From positions 870 through 64,869 of IMG/VR virus record IMGVR_UViG_3300011115_000183: a stretch of 64,000 nucleotides of DNA. One strand, 5' to 3'. Shown here in pieces: positions 17,606 through 26,809 of this stretch. The stretch comes from a virus. Its lineage: Duplodnaviria > Caudoviricetes. The position numbers were made by a program, and so were the translations under genes. Numbering within the stretch: the stretch's first letter is position 1; the number at the start of each line of letters is the position of its first letter. The notes under the pieces were generated by a model. It saw nothing but the letters and a program-made list of their open reading frames with translations. It ran no database searches and was not told the DNA's origin.

Positions 17606-18340
17606 ATGGCACGTTCTACATTTGAAGGCCCAATTCTTCAGGGCAACAACCGTTTTGGCCCCCTGCGTAACGTCGGTTACGCTGAGAGCGTTCAGTCTGT
17701 ATTCATGGACTTAACAAACGTTACCAACGCAACTGCAAACTATTCTGGTTCGTCTGGTCAGTTTGTTGGTTCTAACAACATCCCCAATACCAATGCAGTG
17801 GTGTACACACCTTCTGCCACAGTAAACCCTCCTACCGCAGCAACTATCACTGCTGACACAGCAACCATTCTGTATCGTGGCTGCGTGATGTATGTGCCTT
17901 ACGGCTCATTGATTCGTGACATCATCGTTGACATCCCAGCAATTCAAACCCTGACTACCGGCACTGTTACCGGCATGGAAGTTTTGGTGAGCAACGGTTT
18001 TACTGCTTCTGGTGGTACGGCTAAATACCTGACTCTGGGTACATCCGCTACTACATTCACCGCTGGTCGCCAATCCCTGACTACCGGCTATGCTGCCGCA
18101 ACTCAGTTGGCTGCGCTGTACGCTGGTACTACTGCTGACATCACAAACAACACTGGCGCAAACACCGATCCTAACGGTGCTGTAATGTCTCAAATTGTGG
18201 TGACTCTCGCTACCAACGTGTCTGGCGCAAACGGTGCTGCACCGTTTACTGCTGGTAAATATGGCATCATTGTTCGCTACACTCAACCTGATCCAAACAT
18301 TGGCAATCAGACAACTTACCCATACGGTAACTTCGACTAA
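17606..18340 (+). CDS. virion structural protein (MARSTFEGP start; head fibre/decoration-like)
   Basis: Thr/Gly-rich; highly expressed codon bias; terminator follows. Confidence 0.7.
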   Translation: MARSTFEGPILQGNNRFGPLRNVGYAESVQSVFMDLTNVTNATANYSGSSGQFVGSNNIPNTNAVVYTPSATVNPPTAATITADTATILYRGCVMYVPYGSLIRDIIVDIPAIQTLTTGTVTGMEVLVSNGFTASGGTAKYLTLGTSATTFTAGRQSLTTGYAAATQLAALYAGTTADITNNTGANTDPNGAVMSQIVVTLATNVSGANGAAPFTAGKYGIIVRYTQPDPNIGNQTTYPYGNFD

Positions 18341-18349
18341 TTGAGTAAC

Positions 18350-18371
18350 GGGGGCTTCGGCCCCCTTCTTT
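18350..18371 (+). terminator. intrinsic terminator GGGGGC-TTCG-GCCCCC-TTCTTT
   Basis: UUCG tetraloop hairpin plus U-rich tract. Confidence 0.9.
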
Positions 18372-18390
18372 GGATTTAAAGGAGTATCGT

Positions 18391-21270
18391 ATGTCAGGTG
18401 GATGGACAGTAGTTGACTCAGCGTCAAACAAATCAATTCCGATTCAAGGTCTGAACGCCGTTGCTGGCGTCGCACCTTATATCACTCCCGCCCCAAGCAA
18501 TCTTGATCCGGTGGGTAAATTCCGTGTATCTCAACCACAAGCGTTGATTGATACCGACTTTGAATATGGCACACAGCCAACCAAGTGGGAATCTATTTGC
18601 TTGCAGAATAACCGCCAAAGCTGTTATTACATTGCTCAGTCACCCTATACCGGTATCACTTCAATTACGGGCGACAACTCCGCGTCAACCAGAGTAATGA
18701 CGATTACTGCATCAGGAGGATTTGCCCAAAGTGGTGTAGCTTCTCCAATTCCAAGTGGTACGCCGCTTTATATCCAAAACGCTACTGATCCAAACGCAAA
18801 CGGATGGTGGTGGGTTGTTACCGGCAGCGCAACAAGCGTTACCGTCATCACAACCAATGCGGTTGCTATTTCCAATAGTTACAACGATTCATTGACATAC
18901 GTGTATCCGGGGTACTTTTATTCCAATGCTGGTATTCAGTTGTCTTCAACTTCAGCGTTTACCAACGTCACCACAACCATTACTTGCACCACGGCAAATG
19001 CTCATGGCCTGACGAAAGATTCGTTCATCTATGTTAAGGATACAACCTCCAGTGCCGGTGGAGCTATTAACGGCGCTTGGATAGTTGCAACTGTTCCTAC
19101 AGCTAACACATTTACATTTGTTGTTCCAACAGCCCCAACAGGTACATTGACCAACACAGCAAATACAACAAGTTTGTATGCACGCCCCGCTGGTTATGTT
19201 GAGCCTCGTTCATTTGATGGTGGTGTAGCATTCTCTGCTGGCGCGGCTGTTCCAAACCAACAGTTGATCCGGCAGTCTCGTCGTTACTTCCGTTACCAGT
19301 CTGGTAAAGGCATTCAGTTTTCGACTGGCTCATCATTGAAACCGGCTTTGTTTGTGACTTCAATCACCAACACTTCCTTGTCTACAAACATTACTGTTAC
19401 ATCCCGCTACCAGCACAATCTGGCTGTTGGCGCAAAGATTCAAGTTGTTGGCTGTAACGAGGGCGCATACAACGGCAACTTTACAATTGTGACTGTGCCT
19501 ACGCCTACAACATTCACATATACGTCTTTGTCAGCCCCTCCCGGTACTGTAGCTACAGGTTTTGGTATCCGAGTGACTCCAGTCTCTTGGTATGGCTCTG
19601 CGAATCGTGTCGGTCTGTTTGATAACCAGAATGGTATGTTCTTTGAGTTTGATGGGCAGACTCTTAATGCGGTGTTGCGAAACTCTATCAACCAATTAGA
19701 TGGTACTGTTTCTGTTACCACTGGTGTTGCCACAGTGACGGGTACGAGTACTCGCTTCAGTACTCAGTTGTCCCCCGGTGACTTTATTGTCATTCGTGGG
19801 CAGTCATACCGTGTTGTGACCATTGCAAGTGATACAGATTTGCGTATTACGCCTGAGTATCGTGGTGCAAGCATTACTGGCGCGATTGTTTCCAAAACAA
19901 TCGAAGTCCGTATCCCACAAAGTAAATGGGCAGATAAGTGCGATGGTACTGGCCCATCTGGGTACAACATTGACTTATCCCGGATGCAGATGTTCTACAT
20001 CGACTATTCTTGGTACGGCGCTGGTGTTGTTCGTTTTGGTTTCCGTGCAACCAATGGCGTAGTGACTTACGTGACCCAGATACAGAACAACAATATACAG
20101 TTTGAAGCTTATATGCGTTCTGGTAACTTACCTGCTCGTTACGAGTCGGTTGGTATTGCTCCAGTCACTTTCATCACCTCCAACGTAACAACCACAACTA
20201 CTACGAACTCTGCGGCTATTGCTGTGGCAGACGTTACGATTGCGTTGACTGATGCTTCTACATTCAACAATACTGGTGTGGTAAAAATCAGCAATGAGTT
20301 GATTTACTATGCAAGCAAATCAAGTAATAACTTGGTTGGTTGTATCCGTGGTTTTGGTGGCACTACCGCATCAAATTATGTGGGTTCTACCACTGTCAGC
20401 CCGTCGTCTATTGACATCGCGGATTCCAGCAAGTTCCCTCCTACTGGCACTATCAAAGTGCAGGGTTCGGGTGGTACAGCCAACATTGAGTACATCGCCT
20501 ATACAGGCAATGATGGTAGTCTTTTCTATGGCCTCACCCGTGCACAAACAGGTGGACAAGCCGCCGCTCAGTCATTTACTTATTCTGCAACTGCTCCTGT
20601 TGAAGTCTCTCTTGCTTCTCCTGACACTGTTCCTTCCCTGTCTCACTGGGGTTCATCAGTCATCATGGACGGTAGCTTCAACGATGACAAATCGCTGATT
20701 TTTAACTACGGCACAAACAGTCAGTTGCAGTTGCTGACAACCCAAACGCAAGTATGCCCAATTTTGGCTATTCGTATTGCGCCATCCGCAGACAATGGTC
20801 AAACAGGTTTATTTGGCGTGAAAGAAGTTATCAACCGTATGCAATTGCAGTTATTTGAATTGGGTGTTGTGACCTCCGGCCCTGTTTTAATTACTCTTAT
20901 TTTGAATGGGTATGTAGCAGGTGGTACATGGTCTACTTGGAAATCTCCTATTTCATTGGGTTCACTTGCATACACATCTTCACTAGCTCAAGTTGCTTTT
21001 AATACTCTGAACTCTGGCACGTTGCTTGGTGGTGAGTCTATTGCGGCTGCGTACACCAATACCAACGGACAAACCACTTTGGACTTGACTCAAGTACGAG
21101 ACATTGGTAACTCTATTCTTGGAGGCGGAACTTCCAGTACTGTTACTACTGGATTTGCAAACCAATATCCCGATGGCCCAGACATTATTTATGTTTGCGC
21201 TACCAACGTGGTCTTGTCAGCAACACCAACCATCCTTGCTCGTTTGAGCTGGAAAGAAGCACAGGCTTGA
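18391..21270 (+). CDS. large multi-domain virion fibre/spike protein (FCCH-like and lectin-like beta domains)
   Basis: ATG 18391 after AAAGGAG; repeats TTANAHGL / QHNLAVG; MFYIDYSWYGAGVVRFG motif. Confidence 0.75.
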   Translation: MSGGWTVVDSASNKSIPIQGLNAVAGVAPYITPAPSNLDPVGKFRVSQPQALIDTDFEYGTQPTKWESICLQNNRQSCYYIAQSPYTGITSITGDNSASTRVMTITASGGFAQSGVASPIPSGTPLYIQNATDPNANGWWWVVTGSATSVTVITTNAVAISNSYNDSLTYVYPGYFYSNAGIQLSSTSAFTNVTTTITCTTANAHGLTKDSFIYVKDTTSSAGGAINGAWIVATVPTANTFTFVVPTAPTGTLTNTANTTSLYARPAGYVEPRSFDGGVAFSAGAAVPNQQLIRQSRRYFRYQSGKGIQFSTGSSLKPALFVTSITNTSLSTNITVTSRYQHNLAVGAKIQVVGCNEGAYNGNFTIVTVPTPTTFTYTSLSAPPGTVATGFGIRVTPVSWYGSANRVGLFDNQNGMFFEFDGQTLNAVLRNSINQLDGTVSVTTGVATVTGTSTRFSTQLSPGDFIVIRGQSYRVVTIASDTDLRITPEYRGASITGAIVSKTIEVRIPQSKWADKCDGTGPSGYNIDLSRMQMFYIDYSWYGAGVVRFGFRATNGVVTYVTQIQNNNIQFEAYMRSGNLPARYESVGIAPVTFITSNVTTTTTTNSAAIAVADVTIALTDASTFNNTGVVKISNELIYYASKSSNNLVGCIRGFGGTTASNYVGSTTVSPSSIDIADSSKFPPTGTIKVQGSGGTANIEYIAYTGNDGSLFYGLTRAQTGGQAAAQSFTYSATAPVEVSLASPDTVPSLSHWGSSVIMDGSFNDDKSLIFNYGTNSQLQLLTTQTQVCPILAIRIAPSADNGQTGLFGVKEVINRMQLQLFELGVVTSGPVLITLILNGYVAGGTWSTWKSPISLGSLAYTSSLAQVAFNTLNSGTLLGGESIAAAYTNTNGQTTLDLTQVRDIGNSILGGGTSSTVTTGFANQYPDGPDIIYVCATNVVLSATPTILARLSWKEAQA

Positions 21271-21273
21271 TGT

Positions 21274-21585
21274 ATGTCAACTCCAGCATGGCAGCGGAAA
21301 GAAGGGAAGAATCCCAACGGGGGTTTGAACGCCAAGGGGCGGGCCTCCGCGAAGAAGGAAGGGATGAATCTCAAAGCTCCACAACCCGAGGGCGGCAGCA
21401 GGCGAGACTCTTTCTGCGCCCGAATGAAAGGCATGAAGTCGAAACTAACGAGCGCAGAAACAGCAAGGGATCCAGATTCGAGGATTAATAAGTCCTTGAG
21501 AGCATGGAGCTGTGCAGAAGGTGGTTATGTCAGCGCAGCCGATGGTTGTGCTACCAAAGGAAAAACAAAAGGCAGGTTTGTTTAA
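21274..21585 (+). CDS. small basic protein (PAWQRKEGKNPNGGLN...SFCARM) with C-terminal tag motif
   Basis: Conserved phage family pattern; ends CAEGG..ADGCATKGKTKGRFV. Confidence 0.85.
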   Translation: MSTPAWQRKEGKNPNGGLNAKGRASAKKEGMNLKAPQPEGGSRRDSFCARMKGMKSKLTSAETARDPDSRINKSLRAWSCAEGGYVSAADGCATKGKTKGRFV

Positions 21586-21824
21586 TGGACATCAACACAA
21601 TCTGGTCTGCCTGCCTTTCAGCATTGCTTGGTGGCTTTTGGTTTTTCATCAAAGAGAAATTTGAAGATGTCAAACGAGTTGAGCGACTACTCAACATAAC
21701 CCGTGAGGAGATTGCCCGTGATTACACTACTCAAGCAGAAGTGCAAAGAATTACTGACCACATTGACCAAAGGTTTAATCGCCTTGAAGCAAAGATTGAC
21801 CAGCTTATTCAAGCGGGGAAGTGA
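21585..21824 (+). CDS. single-TM coiled-coil protein
   Basis: MDINTIWSACLSALLGGFWFF...LLNITREEIARDY; TAATG coupling. Confidence 0.8.
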   Translation: MDINTIWSACLSALLGGFWFFIKEKFEDVKRVERLLNITREEIARDYTTQAEVQRITDHIDQRFNRLEAKIDQLIQAGK

Positions 21825-22261
21825 TGCCAAGCAGTAGTGCAAAGCAACACAGATTCATGGAAGCGGTGGCCCACAACCCGGCGTTTGCCAAGAAAGCAGG
21901 AGTTCCACAATCCGTGGGCAAAGATTTTTCAACTGCCGACAAAGGCAAAACTTTTAAAAGAGGTGGCGAGATGGCTACAAAAATGGATCCCAAGATGATG
22001 GCAATGATGGCTGCTAAAAAACGTGGCATGGGCGCTGGTAGAGGCGTACCGGGCGCAATGGGCGCTGCTCCAGCCGCCCCCGCTGCCCCTGCTGGTATGG
22101 GTATGATGAAAAAAGGCGGTAACGTCAAGAAGATGGCAACAGGTGGTCTGGCTGCGGCTCACAAAGCGGCTGATGGCGTTGCTTCCAAAGGCAAAACCAA
22201 AGCAAAACAAATTTCCATGCCCGGCAATAAGGGTATGAAAAAAGGCGGCAGAGTCTGCTAA
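21821..22261 (+). CDS. basic low-complexity protein with xxxGG motifs (putative internal head protein)
   Basis: MPSSSAKQHRFMEAVAHNP; FKRGG, MKKGG (twice), MATGG, ADGVASKGKTK. Confidence 0.85.
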   Translation: MMPSSSAKQHRFMEAVAHNPAFAKKAGVPQSVGKDFSTADKGKTFKRGGEMATKMDPKMMAMMAAKKRGMGAGRGVPGAMGAAPAAPAAPAGMGMMKKGGNVKKMATGGLAAAHKAADGVASKGKTKAKQISMPGNKGMKKGGRVC

Positions 22262-22270
22262 GGAGCAATC

Positions 22271-23437
22271 ATGGCAAAACCGATGAAAAAATCAAGACGT
22301 TTCGCTGAGGGCGATTTAGTCACCGGCACGACCAATGTGCGTACTCGTTCTGATGACGTTATTGGCGATACAAATCCTCGAACTGGGGTTTATACCCCCG
22401 GTAGCTATGATAGGAACCGAGCGGCTGGTGAATCAAATCTCAATGCTGTAAAAGGTCTTTGGAACCGTATTACCGGCGGCTCATCTGATGACTCTGGTAC
22501 TGGTACTAGAGGGATTAAAGCATCCGTCAGCGACACCAAGTATGAACCAACAAAAAGCTCAGTAGCTGATTACATTGGTAAGTCTACGGAACCAAAATCC
22601 GCAGAGTCTAAATCTTCGGGATTTAATTCCTCGAGTGTAAAAGGAACATCAGCCTTTGGTGATTATTCTGGGACAAGTAAATCCGACGACTCTGGGTCAA
22701 AATCATCAGCTCCTGAAACAAAGCCTAGTAGCAAATTGCCTATAACGGTTGAAGGTGACTATCCTAAAAAGTCTGATACAAGTACAGATACTGATGAAAA
22801 ACCAGCAGCTAAAAAAGAAGACAAAAAACCAGCGGCTAAGGCTACGGCTAAAACAACCGATAGCTCATCAAAGAATTACGGCGCTGCTGTAGGTTCACAG
22901 CCTACTAAAAAGTCAACTGATACCACAGATAGTTCATCGAAGAATTACGGCGCTGCTGTAGGTTCACAGCCTACTAAAAAGTCAACTGATACCACAGATA
23001 GTTCATCGAAGAATTACGGTTCTGCTGTTGGCTCACAACCAACCAAGAAAGCGGCTGAGGAGAAGAAGCCTGAAACCAAGGCTGCTGCAAAAACAGATTA
23101 CTACCGTGGCGCAGATGGCAAGATGCACCCAAAAACACCCGAACCTGCTCCCAAGTCAGAAGATGAATGGGGTACTCAGAACATCAAGCGCAACTTGCAG
23201 AATGCACCGGGCGATGTCATGAAGGGTCTCAAAAAAGTTGGGTCTGCACTGTCTAACTTTGAAACCATAGCAGAGCGTCGTTCACGTGAAGCTAAGGAAG
23301 CTAAGAATAAACCTGTGGCAAAACGTAGCGGCGGCGCAGTCAAGAAGATGGCTTCAGGCGGTTCTGTCAAATCATCTGCGTCCAGTCGTGGGGATGGTAT
23401 TGCATCCCGTGGCAAAACCCGTGGAAAAATCTATTAA
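22271..23437 (+). CDS. Ser/Lys/Thr-rich disordered protein with C-terminal tag
   Basis: AAGGAG RBS; ends MASGG...RGDGIASRGKTRGKIY. Confidence 0.85.
   Translation: MAKPMKKSRRFAEGDLVTGTTNVRTRSDDVIGDTNPRTGVYTPGSYDRNRAAGESNLNAVKGLWNRITGGSSDDSGTGTRGIKASVSDTKYEPTKSSVADYIGKSTEPKSAESKSSGFNSSSVKGTSAFGDYSGTSKSDDSGSKSSAPETKPSSKLPITVEGDYPKKSDTSTDTDEKPAAKKEDKKPAAKATAKTTDSSSKNYGAAVGSQPTKKSTDTTDSSSKNYGAAVGSQPTKKSTDTTDSSSKNYGSAVGSQPTKKAAEEKKPETKAAAKTDYYRGADGKMHPKTPEPAPKSEDEWGTQNIKRNLQNAPGDVMKGLKKVGSALSNFETIAERRSREAKEAKNKPVAKRSGGAVKKMASGGSVKSSASSRGDGIASRGKTRGKIY
22853..23050 (+). repeat. 69-bp in-frame tandem repeat, about 2.9 copies (TTDSSSKNYGAAVGSQPTKKSTD)
   Basis: Seen in both DNA and protein. Confidence 0.95.
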
Positions 23438-23439
23438 TC

Positions 23440-23976
23440 ATGGCAAAGTACAACCCAGCAAAACGTGGTTTAGATGAGCAAGAACTCGAAGGCGGCGGCG
23501 CGGGTGCAGGTATGGGCCGTTCTAACAACACTACGTTAATGCCCCGATTAAATAAGCCCGAAATAGAAGGATATACATACCGTTCTCCAAGCCAAACAAA
23601 CGCTAGAAGCTTGCTTCCACATCCGCGTGAAAACGTGGTTGAATCGCAAAGAGCAGATATTGATCGTATTGGTCGAGGTCTTAATGCGTCTGGTAAAACA
23701 GAACGGGGTCGTCTTGCGCAGCAAGAGGCCGCAGGACGGGCAATTACACGCACAACAGGCAGAGCGGCGGGCGCAGGTGCTGCGGGAATTGCCGGTGCAA
23801 AAATTGGCGAAAGGATGCGGGGTAGTGACTCTGAAGATAGAAAAGACGACGAAACTCCTTCTCGCGCAGGCATGGGTGAAATCATGTCTGGTAAAGGTAT
23901 GGCAAAAGGCGGTTCTGTTTCCAGCCGTGCAGACGGTATTGCTCAGCGGGGTAAGACTCGCGGAAAGATGTGCTAA
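23440..23976 (+). CDS. basic protein with N-terminal LEGGG and C-terminal tag
   Basis: RGLDEQELEGGG ... MAKGG...RADGIAQRGKTRGKMC. Confidence 0.85.
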   Translation: MAKYNPAKRGLDEQELEGGGAGAGMGRSNNTTLMPRLNKPEIEGYTYRSPSQTNARSLLPHPRENVVESQRADIDRIGRGLNASGKTERGRLAQQEAAGRAITRTTGRAAGAGAAGIAGAKIGERMRGSDSEDRKDDETPSRAGMGEIMSGKGMAKGGSVSSRADGIAQRGKTRGKMC

Positions 23977-23979
23977 ATC

Positions 23980-24432
23980 ATGGGACGCTTTACAAAACAT
24001 GGAATGGACGATCAGCCGCTTGAGGGCGGCGGTCGGGGCGGCGGTGGCGGCGGTGCTACGCCAAGAGTCAGCGGAAAGTTAGCTGGCGCTACCGCTGCAA
24101 CTATGGCGGCTCCTATGTTGGCTTTACCATTAGCGTCAGAGTATATGGAAGCTAAAACAAAAGACAAAAAAGAGCGTGAAGCCGCAGATGAGGTAAAGCG
24201 CGAGTCTCGCGGTACAGGCATGTCTTCCAAAGAGCAACAAATGGTTCAAGAAGCTGATGATGCCAAGATGCAGACCAAAAAAGACAAGGCCTACAACGCT
24301 GCTAAAACATATCCTGAGAACTTCTCCAAAGGCGGTACAGCCTCTACCCGTGGTGATGGTATTGCCCAACGTGGTAAGACCAAGGGCACGATGGTGATGT
24401 GTGGCGGTGGCATGGCTCGGGGCAAACGATGA
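23980..24432 (+). CDS. basic protein with N-terminal LEGGG and C-terminal tag
   Basis: HGMDDQPLEGGG ... FSKGG...RGDGIAQRGKTKG. Confidence 0.85.
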   Translation: MGRFTKHGMDDQPLEGGGRGGGGGGATPRVSGKLAGATAATMAAPMLALPLASEYMEAKTKDKKEREAADEVKRESRGTGMSSKEQQMVQEADDAKMQTKKDKAYNAAKTYPENFSKGGTASTRGDGIAQRGKTKGTMVMCGGGMARGKR

Positions 24433-24680
24433 TGGCGAGCCGTGGCATGGGCGATCTTCGCGCATCCAAGATGCCTAAGGCCAAGACGATCACCCGCAAG
24501 GATGATCCGAACAAGGTCGAGGTGTACAAGAAGGGCGGAGAAGTCTGGGATAAACCCAACCCTGCCAAGAAACATACAAAGCTGTCACCAGAGAAAAAAG
24601 CCAAAGCTAAGGCTGCGGCAAAAGCGGCGGGGCGTCCATACCCCAACTTGATCGACAATATGCGAATGGCAAAAAGTTAA
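24429..24680 (+). CDS. small basic protein (MMASRGMG...YKKGG...GRPYPNLIDNM)
   Basis: ATGA coupling; YKKGG motif. Confidence 0.8.
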   Translation: MMASRGMGDLRASKMPKAKTITRKDDPNKVEVYKKGGEVWDKPNPAKKHTKLSPEKKAKAKAAAKAAGRPYPNLIDNMRMAKS

Positions 24681-24690
24681 AGGAAACATC

Positions 24691-25005
24691 ATGTCTCAAT
24701 TCACTCTTGAACCCGAAGAAGACCAAATGCTGCTGAACGCAATCCGCGCTCATGCGATGCACTATGAAGCCATGCACGGATCCCCGGAAACGGCTATGTT
24801 GGCGTTAGCTGAGAAGCTTGTAAGCCAAATGCCTGTGCCTGAGCCAGAAGATTTGGACGAGCCAACAGAAGAAGAAATTGAAGCTCACTTTGCTTCTATG
24901 GAAGTCCAGCCTGAAGACAAAGCTGCAATAGCCGCTTTCTTGGATGACGTTCCCCATGAGCAGTACACCCACGAAGACGACATCGAACCAGACGGACACG
25001 AATAA
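24691..25005 (+). CDS. highly acidic hypothetical protein
   Basis: AAGGA RBS; D/E-rich. Confidence 0.8.
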   Translation: MSQFTLEPEEDQMLLNAIRAHAMHYEAMHGSPETAMLALAEKLVSQMPVPEPEDLDEPTEEEIEAHFASMEVQPEDKAAIAAFLDDVPHEQYTHEDDIEPDGHE

Positions 25006-25946
25006 TGGCCTATACGTCCTCTACCGCTACCTTTGACCTTGACCTCAATGAGATGATTGAGGAAGCGTATGAGCGGGCGGGTTTAGAGGTTCGTACTGGT
25101 TATGAGTTTCGTACGGCACGGCGTTCACTGAACTTGCTCACCATCGAGTGGGCAAATCGTGGCATCAACTTATGGACGGTGGAAGAGGGGGTCATACCCC
25201 TTGTGACTGGACAGCCGGTATACCCGCTACCAGCAGACACGATTGACTTGCTTGACCATGTCATTCGTCAAAACAACGGCACAGCGGCGACTCAGACGGA
25301 CATCAACATTTCCCGTATCTCTGAGCCGACGTACTCCACCATTCCCAACAAGCTGACAACCGGACGTCCAATCCAAGTCTGGATCAACCGCCAGACGGCG
25401 AAGACAAACTCGACGCTTACTACAACTGTAGCTGCGAGTGGAAATACACCCAGTGTGTCAACCACGGACACCACGATCTATGTGGCCTCTACCGCAGATT
25501 TACCGTCTACTGGGTTTGTCAAGATTGGTACTGAGACGATCGGATATACCAACGTGACTGATACTCAGTTGTTGAACTGCGTTCGGGCACAGAATGGCAC
25601 AACTGCGGCTACACATGCCACAGGGGATTCGGTCTATATCCAGAACCTGCCTTGTATCAATGTCTGGCCTGCTCCCAACTCTGGTGGTGACTACACCTTT
25701 GTGTACTGGCGGCTTCGTCGTATCCAAGACGCTGGTGGCGGTGTGAATATCCAAGATATACCTTACCGTCTGATTCCTTGCATGGTGGCAGGGCTGGCGT
25801 TTTACGTCGGTTCTAAGCGGCCTGACGTTTCCCCTGACCGTGTGGCGTTTTTAAAGTCGGAGTACGAGCAGCAGTGGCTGCTGGCATCTCAAGAAGATCG
25901 TGAGAAAGCCCCAGATCGGTTTGTCCCAAGGCAGTTGTTTTACTGA
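25005..25946 (+). CDS. head-tail adaptor / gatekeeper-like protein with inserted beta domain
   Basis: IEEAYER, ARRSLNLL..EWANRG, INVWPAP motifs. Confidence 0.75.
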   Translation: MAYTSSTATFDLDLNEMIEEAYERAGLEVRTGYEFRTARRSLNLLTIEWANRGINLWTVEEGVIPLVTGQPVYPLPADTIDLLDHVIRQNNGTAATQTDINISRISEPTYSTIPNKLTTGRPIQVWINRQTAKTNSTLTTTVAASGNTPSVSTTDTTIYVASTADLPSTGFVKIGTETIGYTNVTDTQLLNCVRAQNGTTAATHATGDSVYIQNLPCINVWPAPNSGGDYTFVYWRLRRIQDAGGGVNIQDIPYRLIPCMVAGLAFYVGSKRPDVSPDRVAFLKSEYEQQWLLASQEDREKAPDRFVPRQLFY

Positions 25947-25954
25947 GGTGAACT

Positions 25955-26344
25955 ATGCCTAATAGATTTGCCTCTGGTAAATACTCGATTGCGGAATGTG
26001 ATAGGTGCGGGCAGCGGTACAAGTTGCAGGAGTTGCGCAAGCAGGTTCTCAAGACCAAGATTTACTCGATCAAAGTCTGTCAATCCTGCTGGGATCCAGA
26101 TCAACCGCAGCTTCAGTTGGGTATGTATCCTGTCAACGATCCTCAGGCAGTGCGTGAGCCAAGACCGGACACAAGCTACCAAGTTTCAGGCGTACTTGCA
26201 GACGGCGAAAACGGGGGCGGCAGTCGTATATTCCAGTGGGGCTGGAACCCGGTTGGCGGGGCACAGGCAAATGATGCGGGATTAACGCCAAATGTCTTGG
26301 CAATGTCCGTGCAAATTGGTACAGTAACGGTAGCAACGACTTAA
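25955..26344 (+). CDS. zinc-finger protein (CDRCG...CQSCWD..QPQ)
   Basis: Two CxxC pairs; GAGG RBS. Confidence 0.8.
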   Translation: MPNRFASGKYSIAECDRCGQRYKLQELRKQVLKTKIYSIKVCQSCWDPDQPQLQLGMYPVNDPQAVREPRPDTSYQVSGVLADGENGGGSRIFQWGWNPVGGAQANDAGLTPNVLAMSVQIGTVTVATT

Positions 26345-26351
26345 GGAGTTA

Positions 26352-26525
26352 ATGATGGACACAAAGCAAGTAAAACAGATTGCAGACAAAGAAGTAAATA
26401 AGCATGAGAAGCGTATGCACCAAGGCATGGCTCCAACTAAGCTTAAAAAAGGTGGCGTGACAGGCGACATGATGAAGTCTATGGGACGTAACATGGCTCG
26501 CGTTGCAAATCAAAGGGGCAAATAA
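26352..26525 (+). CDS. 57-aa basic protein with LKKGG (not in ORF track)
   Basis: TAAGGAG RBS; MMDTKQVKQIADKEVNKHEKRMH...LKKGG...MGRNMARVANQRGK; TAATG coupling. Confidence 0.8.
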   Translation: MMDTKQVKQIADKEVNKHEKRMHQGMAPTKLKKGGVTGDMMKSMGRNMARVANQRGK

Positions 26526-26809
26526 TGGCTAAATTCAGCATGAAACAAGGCGGCAAAGAAGTCGGCAATGCTGACGTTTATGCCAAGCCCCATACCATGA
26601 GCGGCGGTGAAGTCAAGACGCAAAACGATGGCAGCTTCCGCCCTGATCCAAATACATTGGCGGCGAATGAAACTGTGCCCGGTGGCAGCATACCTGCTCG
26701 GCGTGTTTCACTTGGTGATCGCGTTCGTGAGCCTAAGACAACTGGTATCAAAATTCGTGGTACAGGCGCGGCAACTAAAGGCACAATGGCTAGAGGCCCA
26801 ATGGCATGA
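26525..26809 (+). CDS. small basic protein ending GIKIRGTGAATKG
   Basis: Coupled on both sides. Confidence 0.8.
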   Translation: MAKFSMKQGGKEVGNADVYAKPHTMSGGEVKTQNDGSFRPDPNTLAANETVPGGSIPARRVSLGDRVREPKTTGIKIRGTGAATKGTMARGPMA

